From contig JAXHNB010000006.1 in NCBI GenBank assembly GCA_034520945.1, positions 352,001 to 416,000 of the forward strand: a DNA stretch of 64,000 nucleotides. The letters are read 5' to 3'. The stretch comes from Trueperaceae bacterium. Its GTDB lineage: Bacteria > Deinococcota > Deinococci > Deinococcales > Trueperaceae. Below, piece after piece: positions 56,801-64,000 of this stretch (position 1 is its first letter; the number at the start of each line of letters is the position of its first letter). Made by a program: the position numbers and the translations under genes. Under the pieces are notes generated by a model. The model was not told where the DNA came from. It did no database searches and saw only the letters and a program-made list of their open reading frames with translations.

Positions 56801-56939
56801 GGAACGCATCGACGAGATGATCGACGCCAAGCGCAGCCTGGCCGGCGACGTGATCGCCTCGGGCGAGCAGGCCCTCGCCGAGTTGGACACCGCCACGCTG
56901 CGCGAGATCGTGGCGCTGCGCCGGGAGGCGTTGCCGTGA
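53868..56939 (+). CDS. SNF2-family helicase/ATPase
   Basis: LRPYQ, LADDMGLGKT, DEAQ, TGTPIEN, GLNL, QATDRAFRIGQ. Confidence 0.96.
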   Translation: MVVLHAHWRPAPAATGVGRMLLWAEREDRSRDGAKEQHPGLAETDAVRRLLEAAAGEAGVQGEASLWLPSTRRGPLPSPPLARPRRGRPPKVTLRRWTVRGQALAPDAAVLALAGWGDSPGMGRAGQTVVLGDDARSWQAAARLALAALARQRMVPGLVHDPAGDADAARWRLLAADDEVAPRLAALRASMPDSCRAASDDPERAPSAGVLLEGFLHAAVDGLTRRWAEGQAPGPGDGPARRWLAALFGPDAEVRASPAQRQRLRDAHRRWLRGLSVAGDDRARVTFRLEEPSGEEDAWVLRPLLQARDDPSLLVDAAEVWRGELGALAQRFAGAPELLLAGIGHAARMFEPLREALRDAAPSEVALSAEQAFTFLRSAAPLLEESGFGVLVPRWWSRQDARLGARLRVAPAPAGGPGSGQVGMQQLMRYRWDVAIGEASLTREEFEALVAHKVPLLRWRGAWVRLDPEQVEAAARFFERREGERDVPLLEAMRTGLGERSEIDDLPVREVDFEGDAGRWLASLAEGEAPQELPEPPGFEGRLRPYQLQGASWLTFATRLGLGVCLADDMGLGKTVQTLAYLLHEREAGHLDLPVLLVCPTSVVRNWLEEAARFAPSLRTLEHQGATRLQGEALGERLAETELVLTSYAVVRRDAESLQAFDWHAVILDEAQNVKNPGTAQSRVVRRLSTRARVALTGTPIENRLDELWSIVDFLDPGYLGARRDFQKRLALPIEREADEGALSTLRRLVAPLVLRRLKTDRSVIRDLPDKIEQRSHLRLSEEQASLYESVMRDAMRAVEESEGIERKGLVLSMLTSLKQICNHPGQFLGETGRDAALGREGERRSPKLSRLTELLDEMLGAGDAALVFTQYRRMGELLVRHLSHRLGIEAPFLHGGVVASKRAEMVRRFQSEDGPSVLVLSLKAGGTGLNLTRASHVFHLDRWWNPAVEDQATDRAFRIGQRRNVQVHTFVTLGTLEERIDEMIDAKRSLAGDVIASGEQALAELDTATLREIVALRREALP

Positions 56940-57910
56940 GGCGGCGGTACCCCAAGCCGACGCGGCCGATCCGCACCGAGCAGGGGGTGGAGGCCCGCAG
57001 CCGGCGCGGCGCGTTCGTGGACAGCTGGTGGGCCGAGCGTTGGATCGGCTCGCTCGAAGCGTTGATGGATCCGGGCCGGCTGGGACGGGGCAAGCGCTAC
57101 GCGCGTCAGGGTCAGGTGTTGTCGCTTCACGAGGAACCGGGCGGCGTGACCTGCGAAGTGCAGGGCTCGCGCCGCACGCCCTACCGGGTGTCCATCCGCC
57201 TCCAGGCATTGGGCGACGACGCATGGGAGCGGGTGTTCGACGCGATGGCCGAACGGGCCTCGTTCGCGGCCTCGCTGTTGGCGGGAGAGATGCCGGGGGA
57301 GGTGGACGAGGCGTTCGCCGCGGCCGGGACCGCGCTGTTCCCGGCCGAGGAACACGAGCTGGGGCTCACCTGCAGCTGTCCCGACTGGGCGAGCGTGTGC
57401 AAGCACGTGGCCGCCTGCTGTTACCTGCTGGGGGAGCGCTTCGACGACGATCCGTTCCTGCTGTTCCGGTTGCGCGGCCGCGACCAGCATGCGGTGGTCG
57501 CGGCATTGCAAGCACGCCGCGGCGGAGGTGCTGGGGGCGGGCCGGCGGACGCGACTGCGCATGCGGATTCGAACGTCGGTGAGGCTTCAGGAGAAGAGGG
57601 CGCCGGACAGGAAGCGCCGCTCCGCCTCGAAGGCTTCTGGAGCGCGCCACGGGAGGTCCCCGCCATCGGCCTCGGCCGCGAGCGGGATAATCTCTCGGTG
57701 CTCCGGCGCCTGGGGCCGTTCTCCCTCCTCCGCAACGACCCGGCGTCGCGGCTCGGACCGGCCTACGAGGCGGTCGCGCGGGAGGCGATGGAGGCGTTCC
57801 TCGCTTTGCGGGATGCGGATCCGGACGATGACGCGGACGATCCGGACGACGACGAGGGCGAGGATCACGACGAGGATCGGGGCCCGCCAGAAGAGAGCGG
57901 AGGCCGGTAG
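56936..57910 (+). CDS. SWIM zinc-finger protein
   Basis: RLGRGKRYAR, CSCPDWASVCKH, DPFLLFRLRG; GTGA overlap with SNF2. Confidence 0.93.
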   Translation: MRRRYPKPTRPIRTEQGVEARSRRGAFVDSWWAERWIGSLEALMDPGRLGRGKRYARQGQVLSLHEEPGGVTCEVQGSRRTPYRVSIRLQALGDDAWERVFDAMAERASFAASLLAGEMPGEVDEAFAAAGTALFPAEEHELGLTCSCPDWASVCKHVAACCYLLGERFDDDPFLLFRLRGRDQHAVVAALQARRGGGAGGGPADATAHADSNVGEASGEEGAGQEAPLRLEGFWSAPREVPAIGLGRERDNLSVLRRLGPFSLLRNDPASRLGPAYEAVAREAMEAFLALRDADPDDDADDPDDDEGEDHDEDRGPPEESGGR

Positions 57911-58082
57911 GTCGGCGGGGGCACGCTCGAGGCTACGGGATGCCCCTGAGCGAACGAACCGCGTTCCATTTCGGATCTCCTTACCCATGATTGGGTTCAG
58001 GCTCTTCCGGGGAGCGCGGAACATGATCCGGAGAGGCTGAGGGTCACCAGGGCGATGAAGGCGCGCACCCGCGTCGCCGCCT

Positions 58083-58484
58083 CTAAAAACCCAAAGCCTC
58101 CCTGGCAAGGCGCTTGGTCTTGCCCTTGAGTTCCGGACACGACGAGATGGCGTGGAAGAGCGCTTCCCGTGCGTCCCTACTGAGTGTCCCGACCCGGTTT
58201 GCGGCCTGTACGTCTGCGTCTGCAAGATGGACCAGGCTACTGGATATGACGTACGCGAACGAGGGCCATCTCAAGAAACTGCTGTGCTGATGAGGCTCGA
58301 GCCGTACCTCGCACGGCAACAGGTCTGGCCTGGCCTGCACGAACCGGTCCGGATTCGATGAGATGACGAGACAACACCAGGTGTTGCTGTGGAGAAAGAG
58401 GGGCACGAAGAATTTGGGCTTGCCCGCCTGGACGAGGTACCCGTGAAGAACTGTCAGGCTCTCGTTGGTTCCCTCATCCAGCAC
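58083..58484 (-). CDS. hypothetical protein, possible PemK/MazF-like toxin
   Basis: 133 aa, 1-nt overlap with the Panacea stop; KPKFFV..ISS..H.SFL..SF..VGTL pattern. Confidence 0.6.
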   Translation of the reverse strand: MLDEGTNESLTVLHGYLVQAGKPKFFVPLFLHSNTWCCLVISSNPDRFVQARPDLLPCEVRLEPHQHSSFLRWPSFAYVISSSLVHLADADVQAANRVGTLSRDAREALFHAISSCPELKGKTKRLAREALGF

Positions 58485-59059
58485 TAGCCGGACCGAAGAT
58501 GCCCCAGATGCTCCCGGATTCGCTCGGCATCGTCAAGCTGGTCAATCATGTCGCCGAGCCTGATCGGCGCGTTCGGGCGGCGCGCTCGCGCAGCTTTCCA
58601 TGCCTCGTCATGCGTAAGGTCCGTGTTCGCCCGGAAATTGTTCGCATCGACCTTCTCTGCAGCCTCGGCCAGACACATGATGTCGGACTCGCTCAGATCG
58701 TCGAGGTCGGGCTCACCAGCCAAATCGAGATGCCGTAGGTCACGCATCGCGACGACGCTTTCGAGTTTGGAATACAGTTCCTCGTTCATGATGGGGAAGC
58801 GTTCGTCACCACGCATGGCGCACAGGCTATTGTAGATGGCGAACGGCACGGGGCCATAATCCATTGCGTTGTAGCTCTCATCCGCGATCAGGCGGCCGTA
58901 GCGTTCGAGATGCAACAGATCAGCGACGTACAGCGCCTTGAAGATGCTGTGGAGATCGTTGCTCTTCATCGACTGGACGAGGAACCCTACAGCAGCGGCA
59001 GCGGCGTTGGTGTCGAGTTCTAGCCAGTGCGCTTCGCTTGCGGCGGCACGAACGGTCAT
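58484..59059 (-). CDS. Panacea (DUF4065/SocA-like) antitoxin
   Basis: IFKALYVAD..HL.RYGR.I....YNAMDYGPVP..Y, LSESD, THDEAW. Confidence 0.9.
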   Translation of the reverse strand: MTVRAAASEAHWLELDTNAAAAAVGFLVQSMKSNDLHSIFKALYVADLLHLERYGRLIADESYNAMDYGPVPFAIYNSLCAMRGDERFPIMNEELYSKLESVVAMRDLRHLDLAGEPDLDDLSESDIMCLAEAAEKVDANNFRANTDLTHDEAWKAARARRPNAPIRLGDMIDQLDDAERIREHLGHLRSG

Positions 59060-59222
59060 AGACCCTCCAGAGGGACGGGATCCGGAGCGCTGAGGCAGGC
59101 AGAGTAATCTAGCCCACGCTCGTAGAATAGACCCTCTTGACGCTACTCAGTGTGAGGAGAGTCTTGGCTATAGGACGGGCCCGCTGCGCGTGAACGACCA
59201 CAACTCCCACCACCACGAGAAC

Positions 59223-59247
59223 CCCCCCGACCTACAAGGTCGGGGGG
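59223..59247 (-). terminator. hairpin downstream of tRNA fragment
   Basis: CCCCCCGACCT-ACA-AGGTCGGGGGG perfect 11-bp stem. Confidence 0.6.
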
Positions 59248-59260
59248 CGCGTCTGTGACG

Positions 59261-59306
59261 TGGTGGGTCGTGTAGGACTCGAACCTACAACCAGCTGATT
59301 AAGAGT
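59261..59306 (-). repeat. att site: 3' half of tRNA-Lys(CTT), copy 2
   Basis: TGGTGGGTCGTGTAGGACTCGAACCTACAACCAGCTGATTAAGAGT; tRNA similarity stops at the anticodon loop. Confidence 0.92.
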
Positions 59307-59912
59307 GTCAGCGCGTGACGTTGCACTGGTACAAGGAGTAGTCGTTCGTGCGTGTTGGGCAGCCCTAGCCGGCCTCTTGGCGCTTCGCAAGTTGTTGTCC
59401 GTAGGGGCCTGAGCGCTGGTTCCGGAGCGGAGAAACACACCGGCGACACAACGCGGGCGCCCCATGTAGAGACCAACTTTCCTATACCCAGACCTTGTCG
59501 ACCTACTTGAATCCGCATTTGGAGCACGCGTTGAGATTTCTTGCTTTGGCGCCGATGAGTCCGTTCCTGACCGCGCGATTGCGGCGCAGGTCGCGTGGCG
59601 GAAATGGGCCGGGAGACCAACAACGTCAAGATGAGGTCTCCAAGGTGCGTACCTCGATGAACGGAGCAAGGGGTCCCCTACCATTGGTTTTCAGCCTGGG
59701 GGGTGGCGTACCCCCTCACCAAAATCACGGTCGTCACGGCTTCTTCCATCTGTCCTGGTAAGGAAACAACACGAGCCCTGAGGCAACGTCCGGATGCTTA
59801 GCCGAAGCCAACGCGCACGTCGTTGACGTAGCTGCGCGTGAGCAGGCCCAAAGAAGTCAAAAGCGAAAGTGGCCGCCGAACAGTACAAGATGGAGAGCTG
59901 TGGCACCACCTA

Positions 59913-60425
59913 TCAATAGGCGCATCCCACCTCCGACATCACGCTACTCAAGTGCGCCAAGTCGTATACAGCAGAACCCGTGGAATGACCTTCGGCCGAT
60001 GCTCGGACGGCTACCTCCGACCCTGACAAAAGGGCGCGAATCACCTCCGTGTCATCACCTGCGTCACTAGAGCGATGCCACAGGACGGCGGAGGAGCCGC
60101 TGACAAACGCATCAGAGGACCTAACCTGGCCCCCATCCACCCTGTATTCAAGGGTGCCGAAGCCACTGCTAACCATGTAGTCGCGGAACTCAAACATGAG
60201 CATCCCGAGTGTGCCATTGGTGCATTCAGCCTGAGTATATGTGCGCGTTGTACGGCTCGGCGCACCTGAGCCGATAGGAGTGCTTACAAGCAATGCAGTG
60301 CTCTCGTCCGTAAAGGGGTCAGAAGCTAACCTTGTGAACACTCCATCAATGACTTCTTCTTGCGCTTGAGTCGTGCCTAGGCTGACGAAGAGCAATGCGA
60401 GAAGGACAAGCCGAAGTTGATACAT
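59913..60425 (-). CDS. secreted hypothetical protein
   Basis: Signal peptide, DPFTDE..C..YRVDG pattern; AAAGGG RBS. Confidence 0.7.
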   Translation of the reverse strand: MYQLRLVLLALLFVSLGTTQAQEEVIDGVFTRLASDPFTDESTALLVSTPIGSGAPSRTTRTYTQAECTNGTLGMLMFEFRDYMVSSGFGTLEYRVDGGQVRSSDAFVSGSSAVLWHRSSDAGDDTEVIRALLSGSEVAVRASAEGHSTGSAVYDLAHLSSVMSEVGCAY

Positions 60426-60639
60426 GCGCTACCCCTTTCATATTGCCTTGAAGGTTACCATTCGAAGGTCCGTATACCAAGTAAGTGCGGTCAACAAAGG
60501 CGGTACCATGCTTGCGCCCAGCCCGTCCTAGACAATATGGCTTGACGTGGGGGCCTCTATTGCATCAATGTGGTACATGGCCTACGCGGTGATGACTGAG
60601 TCCAGAACTACTTCAATCTGTGGCGGCCAGATTCGAGCG

Positions 60640-61098
60640 TTACCGAACCACCTCGTACGAGAGCCAAAACTCACCGGCGGCCTTATCGTCCCATTCGATG
60701 GTGTACTCAACGTTGTCGGTCATCTCGTGCGTGCCGTCTTCCGGAAGGCCCAACGCCCCAGTCGACACGCTTCCGGACACGGTGAAGTGCAAGGTCGCGC
60801 GGCAACTCCGAACTTCGGGGGAAGCCTGGTAGTCGTCTTCGACTATGGTGCGAAAACGGCTTACTTCCAGGTGGTTTAGCTCCCAGATTCCAAACGCAGT
60901 AGGATTGTTGATGACGCTGTCTGTATACCAGCTTCCAACAAGGTCGAGCGCCTCACTTGCATTGCACTTTGGAAGCGTAGGACCAAAGCATCCTGACATC
61001 ACGAGGGTCAATGCCAGAATGGAAGCCAGAAACTGGTAGCGCAGGGAAGATAGGAGCGTCGAACGTAGTTTGAGTGCGCGGAGAGGCGTGGTTGCCAT
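60640..61098 (-). CDS. hypothetical lipoprotein
   Basis: LVMSGC lipobox, LPKC..RSCRATL..VEYTI; start uncertain. Confidence 0.6.
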   Translation of the reverse strand: MATTPLRALKLRSTLLSSLRYQFLASILALTLVMSGCFGPTLPKCNASEALDLVGSWYTDSVINNPTAFGIWELNHLEVSRFRTIVEDDYQASPEVRSCRATLHFTVSGSVSTGALGLPEDGTHEMTDNVEYTIEWDDKAAGEFWLSYEVVR

Positions 61099-61265
61099 GC
61101 ACCAGTTGTACAGTCCATGTACCAACGAAACTGTCACAGCTGCATTCGTAGTGGCTTCATTCCCAAGGCCATCGGTCAAGAGCGGCGGAGCACGCAGCAG
61201 CACGATATCGTCGCGGATCTTGGGCTGATGGGATTTGGCGAGCTGCGATTGGCGGTGCAGGGGGT

Positions 61266-61334
61266 ATTCTAGGCGGTTTCGGTCACCGATTCTATGGGTG
61301 AGAGGCCACTGATTCCACGGGATTTCGACCGGCC
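61266..61334 (+). repeat. three 23-bp tandem units, IS21-like terminal repeats
   Basis: ATTC at 61266, 61289 and 61312 (ATTCTAGGCGGTTTCGGTCACCG / ATTCTATGGGTGAGAGGCCACTG / ATTCCACGGGATTTCGACCGGCC). Confidence 0.55.
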
Positions 61335-61360
61335 TGTCAACGCCGGTTTGGTCGTGGACG

Positions 61361-62461
61361 GGCGGTCTCAAGTGGTCATCGCTACGGCGTCAGCATACGC
61401 TTCGGCTGGGGTCTTCCAGCCGAGGGTTTCGCGTGGCCGGGTGTTGAGGCTGTCGGCGACCGCGTCGAGCTTGGCTTGGTCGTGTACGGACAGGTCGGTG
61501 CCCTTGGGGAAGTACTGCCGTAGCAGGCCGTTGGAGTTCTCGTTCGATCCGCGCTGCCAGGGCGCATAGGGGCCGCAGAAGTAGATGGGCACACCGGTGT
61601 CGACGGTGAAGCGGACGTGCTCGGCCATCTCCTTGCCGCGGTCCCAGGTCAGCGATCGGCGCAGCGATGCGGGCAGCTCTCGGATGCGCTTGGCAAGGGC
61701 GTCTCGGACGTGCTCGGCGGTCTTGCCGTGCGGCAGGTGCAGCAGCATCAGGTAGCGCGTCTGGCGTTTGATGAGCGTGCCGATGGCGGAGCGCTTGTCG
61801 CTGCCGATGGTGAGGTCGCTCTTTCAGTGGTCGGGCACGGCGCGTTCGTCGACTTCGGCGGGTCGCTCGCTGATCAGTACCATGCCGGTCAATTGGCCTT
61901 GCACGGCTTTGCGGCCGCGCAGCCGGCGCTGTGCCCGACCGGTGCGTAGGCAGCGCGTCAGCTCCTTGCGAAGCGAGCCGCGGCCCTGTTTGAGCAGGGC
62001 CTGGTAGATGGTCTCGTGCGAGATTGCCATGGTCTTGTTTCCAGGGTAGTGCCGCGCGAGGTGATTTGCGATCTGTTGCGGAGACCACAGGTTATTCAGG
62101 CCGCGCTCCACGGCGCGGCGTAAGCGTCCATGGGCGGCGAGTTTCGGTGCGCGAGGGCAGTGGCTGTGGCGCAGGGCGCGCTCGTCGGCGCGCCAGGCGC
62201 GATAGCGCGCCCGACCACCATTGCGGGCGACCTCGCGTTGGATCGTGGATGCCGAGCGGCCCCAGCTCCCGCCCCAGCTGCCGGTAGGACTTCCCGAGGC
62301 GCAGTCCCACGCGGATCTCCTCGCGCTCCTCGAGGGACAATCGCAGGGGCGAGCGCCGGCTCTCGTCGCGTCGCGGTCGATCCATCGCAACCTCCAGTTC
62401 GCATCCCGGCCGAGCCTACGCCGAGAAGGGAAGGGTGTTGCGATGACCACTTGAAACCGCC
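61361..62461 (-). mobile_element. IS30-family element with inactivated transposase
   Basis: 25-bp terminal IRs (GGCGGTYTCAAGTGGTCATCGCWAC, 2 mismatches), 1101 bp; LSLEEREEI, WSPQQI, SHETIY, TWDRGKEM, PWQRGSNENSNGLLRQYFPKG; frameshift near 62260 and stop at 61824. Confidence 0.95.
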
Positions 62462-62523
62462 ACCTCCCCCGGCGTTGTGGACCGGGCTTGGGTTGCCTTG
62501 GGTAATACGGGCGGCGTGACGGG

Positions 62524-62620
62524 TGGATATTCCGGTCGTTGTCGCCGCTTGATTCCGATTCATGTCGCCATCTGATTCTGGTTGATGTCGCCATCGGATT
62601 CCGATCGATTCCGCCAGCCT
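62524..62620 (+). repeat. four 23-bp tandem units, IS21-like terminal repeats
   Basis: TG start, then ATTC(C/T)G..TGTCGCC units at 62529, 62552 and 62575, and a degenerate fourth at 62598. Confidence 0.7.
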
Positions 62621-62634
62621 CCCGGGTTGGGGAT

Positions 62635-62952
62635 TCTTGGGGGCGTTCGTCGCTTCGGGAGCTGCCGCATGGGGCTTGCGGAGAGGTACCCCCGCTTTTC
62701 GAACCAGTTGGTGATCACCCGCAGGCAGCGCTCGTAGGTGGCCAACGTGTGGGGGCTGAGATGCTTGTGCTTGAGCAGCCACGCCCGGATGGTGCGGAGC
62801 GTCAGGTCGTCCAATGTGGCCACGCCCGTGTCCCGCCGGAAGTGCTCCCAGTTGCTACGGTAGAAATGGAGCATGGCGGGGCTGGCGCCTTGGTATTCCT
62901 TATCGCCTATGAAGTCCTCGAATGCGTAACGGAGGGTCTCTGTGCGTGCCAT
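62635..62952 (-). pseudogene. phage integrase N-terminal (SAM-like) fragment
   Basis: SPAMLHFY..LDDLT...IRAWL..LSPHTL..LRVITNW..GYL..SPM; truncated at the IS21-like end; starts about 120 bp from tRNA fragment 3. Confidence 0.8.
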
Positions 62953-63070
62953 GCGCACCCCCTTCCGTGGCGAGCGGCTATGTACACCTGAGTGGGCAGA
63001 TTTCAGGGCCCCATACAGCGCCGCCCAGAACGGCCCCTAGAGGAAGAGAAATCGCGTCCTGGACAGAAGT

Positions 63071-63113
63071 TGGTGGGTCGTGTAGGACTCGAACCTACAA
63101 CCAGCTTATTGAG
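63071..63113 (-). repeat. att site: 3' half of tRNA-Lys, copy 3
   Basis: Identical to copy 2 over 36 bp, then diverges (CCAGCTTATTGAG). Confidence 0.9.
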
Positions 63114-63359
63114 AACTGGCGGGTCGATAATTGAGGGCAAGGGATGACCAAGCGGGTTCAATCGGAGAGCAGTCGGGGTCTTGACGGGGATCCGGGGGAG
63201 CTAAGGCGCGTGAAGGGATGACACATGCTCACGGGCCCGCCTACAAGGTGTCAGGAAAGGTGTCGCCAATGCCGCTTGGCCCGTTGCTGCGTGCGTCTCG
63301 GTGTCGAGCTGGTCCACTGGCCCCGATTTAGCCGGCGGGCTGTGCTTTGCTTTCCCGGC

Positions 63360-64000
63360 CTAACCATTTCGATCTGCGCCACGGAACTCGCTGTGCTCGT
63401 CGGACACGCGAAGGTGTGGATCTGCAGCACGAATCAGCTCGTCGACGATAAGGAATAGCTCCTGGACTGCCTGTGCCTTGGTGTGACGTGCGTCCTCGTC
63501 TGATGGCATGAACGCATGAAGAGCTGCCCGGGTAGTCCAGTGCCGGTAGTCGCATTCGAGCCAACGCCACCAGGGCCAATGCCGATATGGCCGCGAGCGG
63601 GTTGGGCGGACCGAATCGAGTGCTTCCAGGGCGGGCTGTGGGATGGTCGGCCATTCGGCGTCAGAGTGCAGCCCAATCGACATCTGCCGGGTGTGGTCCC
63701 TTTCCGCTGCAATTGCGACCACGAGATCGATTGGCCAGTGGGTAGGGCGGATCTTGAAGGCGAAGGGGGCGGGCCATTCACTGGCCCCGCTGTCGAAGGT
63801 GTTCTGGATCCATGCATCTTGACCATAGGCTTGGTCTCGGAGCCGGTTCTCGAGAGCTTGCAGCGCTTGGTTGATGAGGCGATGCTGTGCCTTTGGCAGC
63901 GCTGCTGCGAGGTCGAAGGCGAGGAACGTGTTCGTCCTTGACGCCAAGATGTGATCCACAATGATGGTCTCGCGATCGGTCATGGCTAGAGTTCCTCCGC
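63360..64000 (-). CDS. hypothetical protein, possibly the C-terminal part of a longer ORF
   Basis: 207 aa from ATG 63983; frame stays open to the window end; Trp-rich (HWPWWRW). Confidence 0.6.
   Translation of the reverse strand, partial: GGTLAMTDRETIIVDHILASRTNTFLAFDLAAALPKAQHRLINQALQALENRLRDQAYGQDAWIQNTFDSGASEWPAPFAFKIRPTHWPIDLVVAIAAERDHTRQMSIGLHSDAEWPTIPQPALEALDSVRPTRSRPYRHWPWWRWLECDYRHWTTRAALHAFMPSDEDARHTKAQAVQELFLIVDELIRAADPHLRVSDEHSEFRGADRNG

Larger units (their letters stand above)
47020..59260. mobile_element. degenerate genomic island between tRNA-Lys fragments 1 and 2
   Basis: Bounded by direct-repeat tRNA 3' ends; TA, helicase and pseudogene cargo; no intact integrase seen. Confidence 0.7.
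59307..63070. mobile_element. degenerate genomic island between tRNA-Lys fragments 2 and 3
   Basis: Flanked by tRNA repeats; truncated integrase next to copy 3; visibly lower-GC cargo. Confidence 0.78.

Noticed and set aside
62524..62620. CRISPR mini-array
   Set aside because: Contiguous degenerate 23-bp units without unique spacers, and no cas genes in the window
46975..63113. Functional tRNA genes
   Set aside because: All three copies lack the D arm and 5' acceptor strand

Overview
High-GC bacterial chromosome segment. Lipoprotein and SARP-type regulator content suggests a Truepera-like member of Deinococcota (inference only). Left part (1-35 kb): a partial GAF-GGDEF-EAL gene, a cphB-cphA cyanophycin locus followed by an extra ATP-grasp ligase and a DinB gene, ftsH, a SARP/AAA/TPR regulator with DUF4242, FAD-oxidase and nitrilase-pseudogene neighbours, surface lipoproteins, and a coupled GH63-zwf-phosphatase-pgi-debranching operon. 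Right part (35-64 kb) is an accessory and decay zone. Seven toxin-antitoxin-like modules lie between 26 and 59 kb, several with their own inverted-repeat operators. Many pseudogenes are collapsed by internal deletion, and gene tails are duplicated. Three 3'-half copies of tRNA-Lys(CTT) (46975, 59261, 63071) delimit tandem genomic islands that carry an SNF2-SWIM pair, a Panacea (DUF4065) gene with an uncharacterised partner, integrase remnants, a dead IS30 and IS21-like ends. No CRISPR array, rRNA or intact tRNA was seen. All family calls come from motif recognition; no database search was run.
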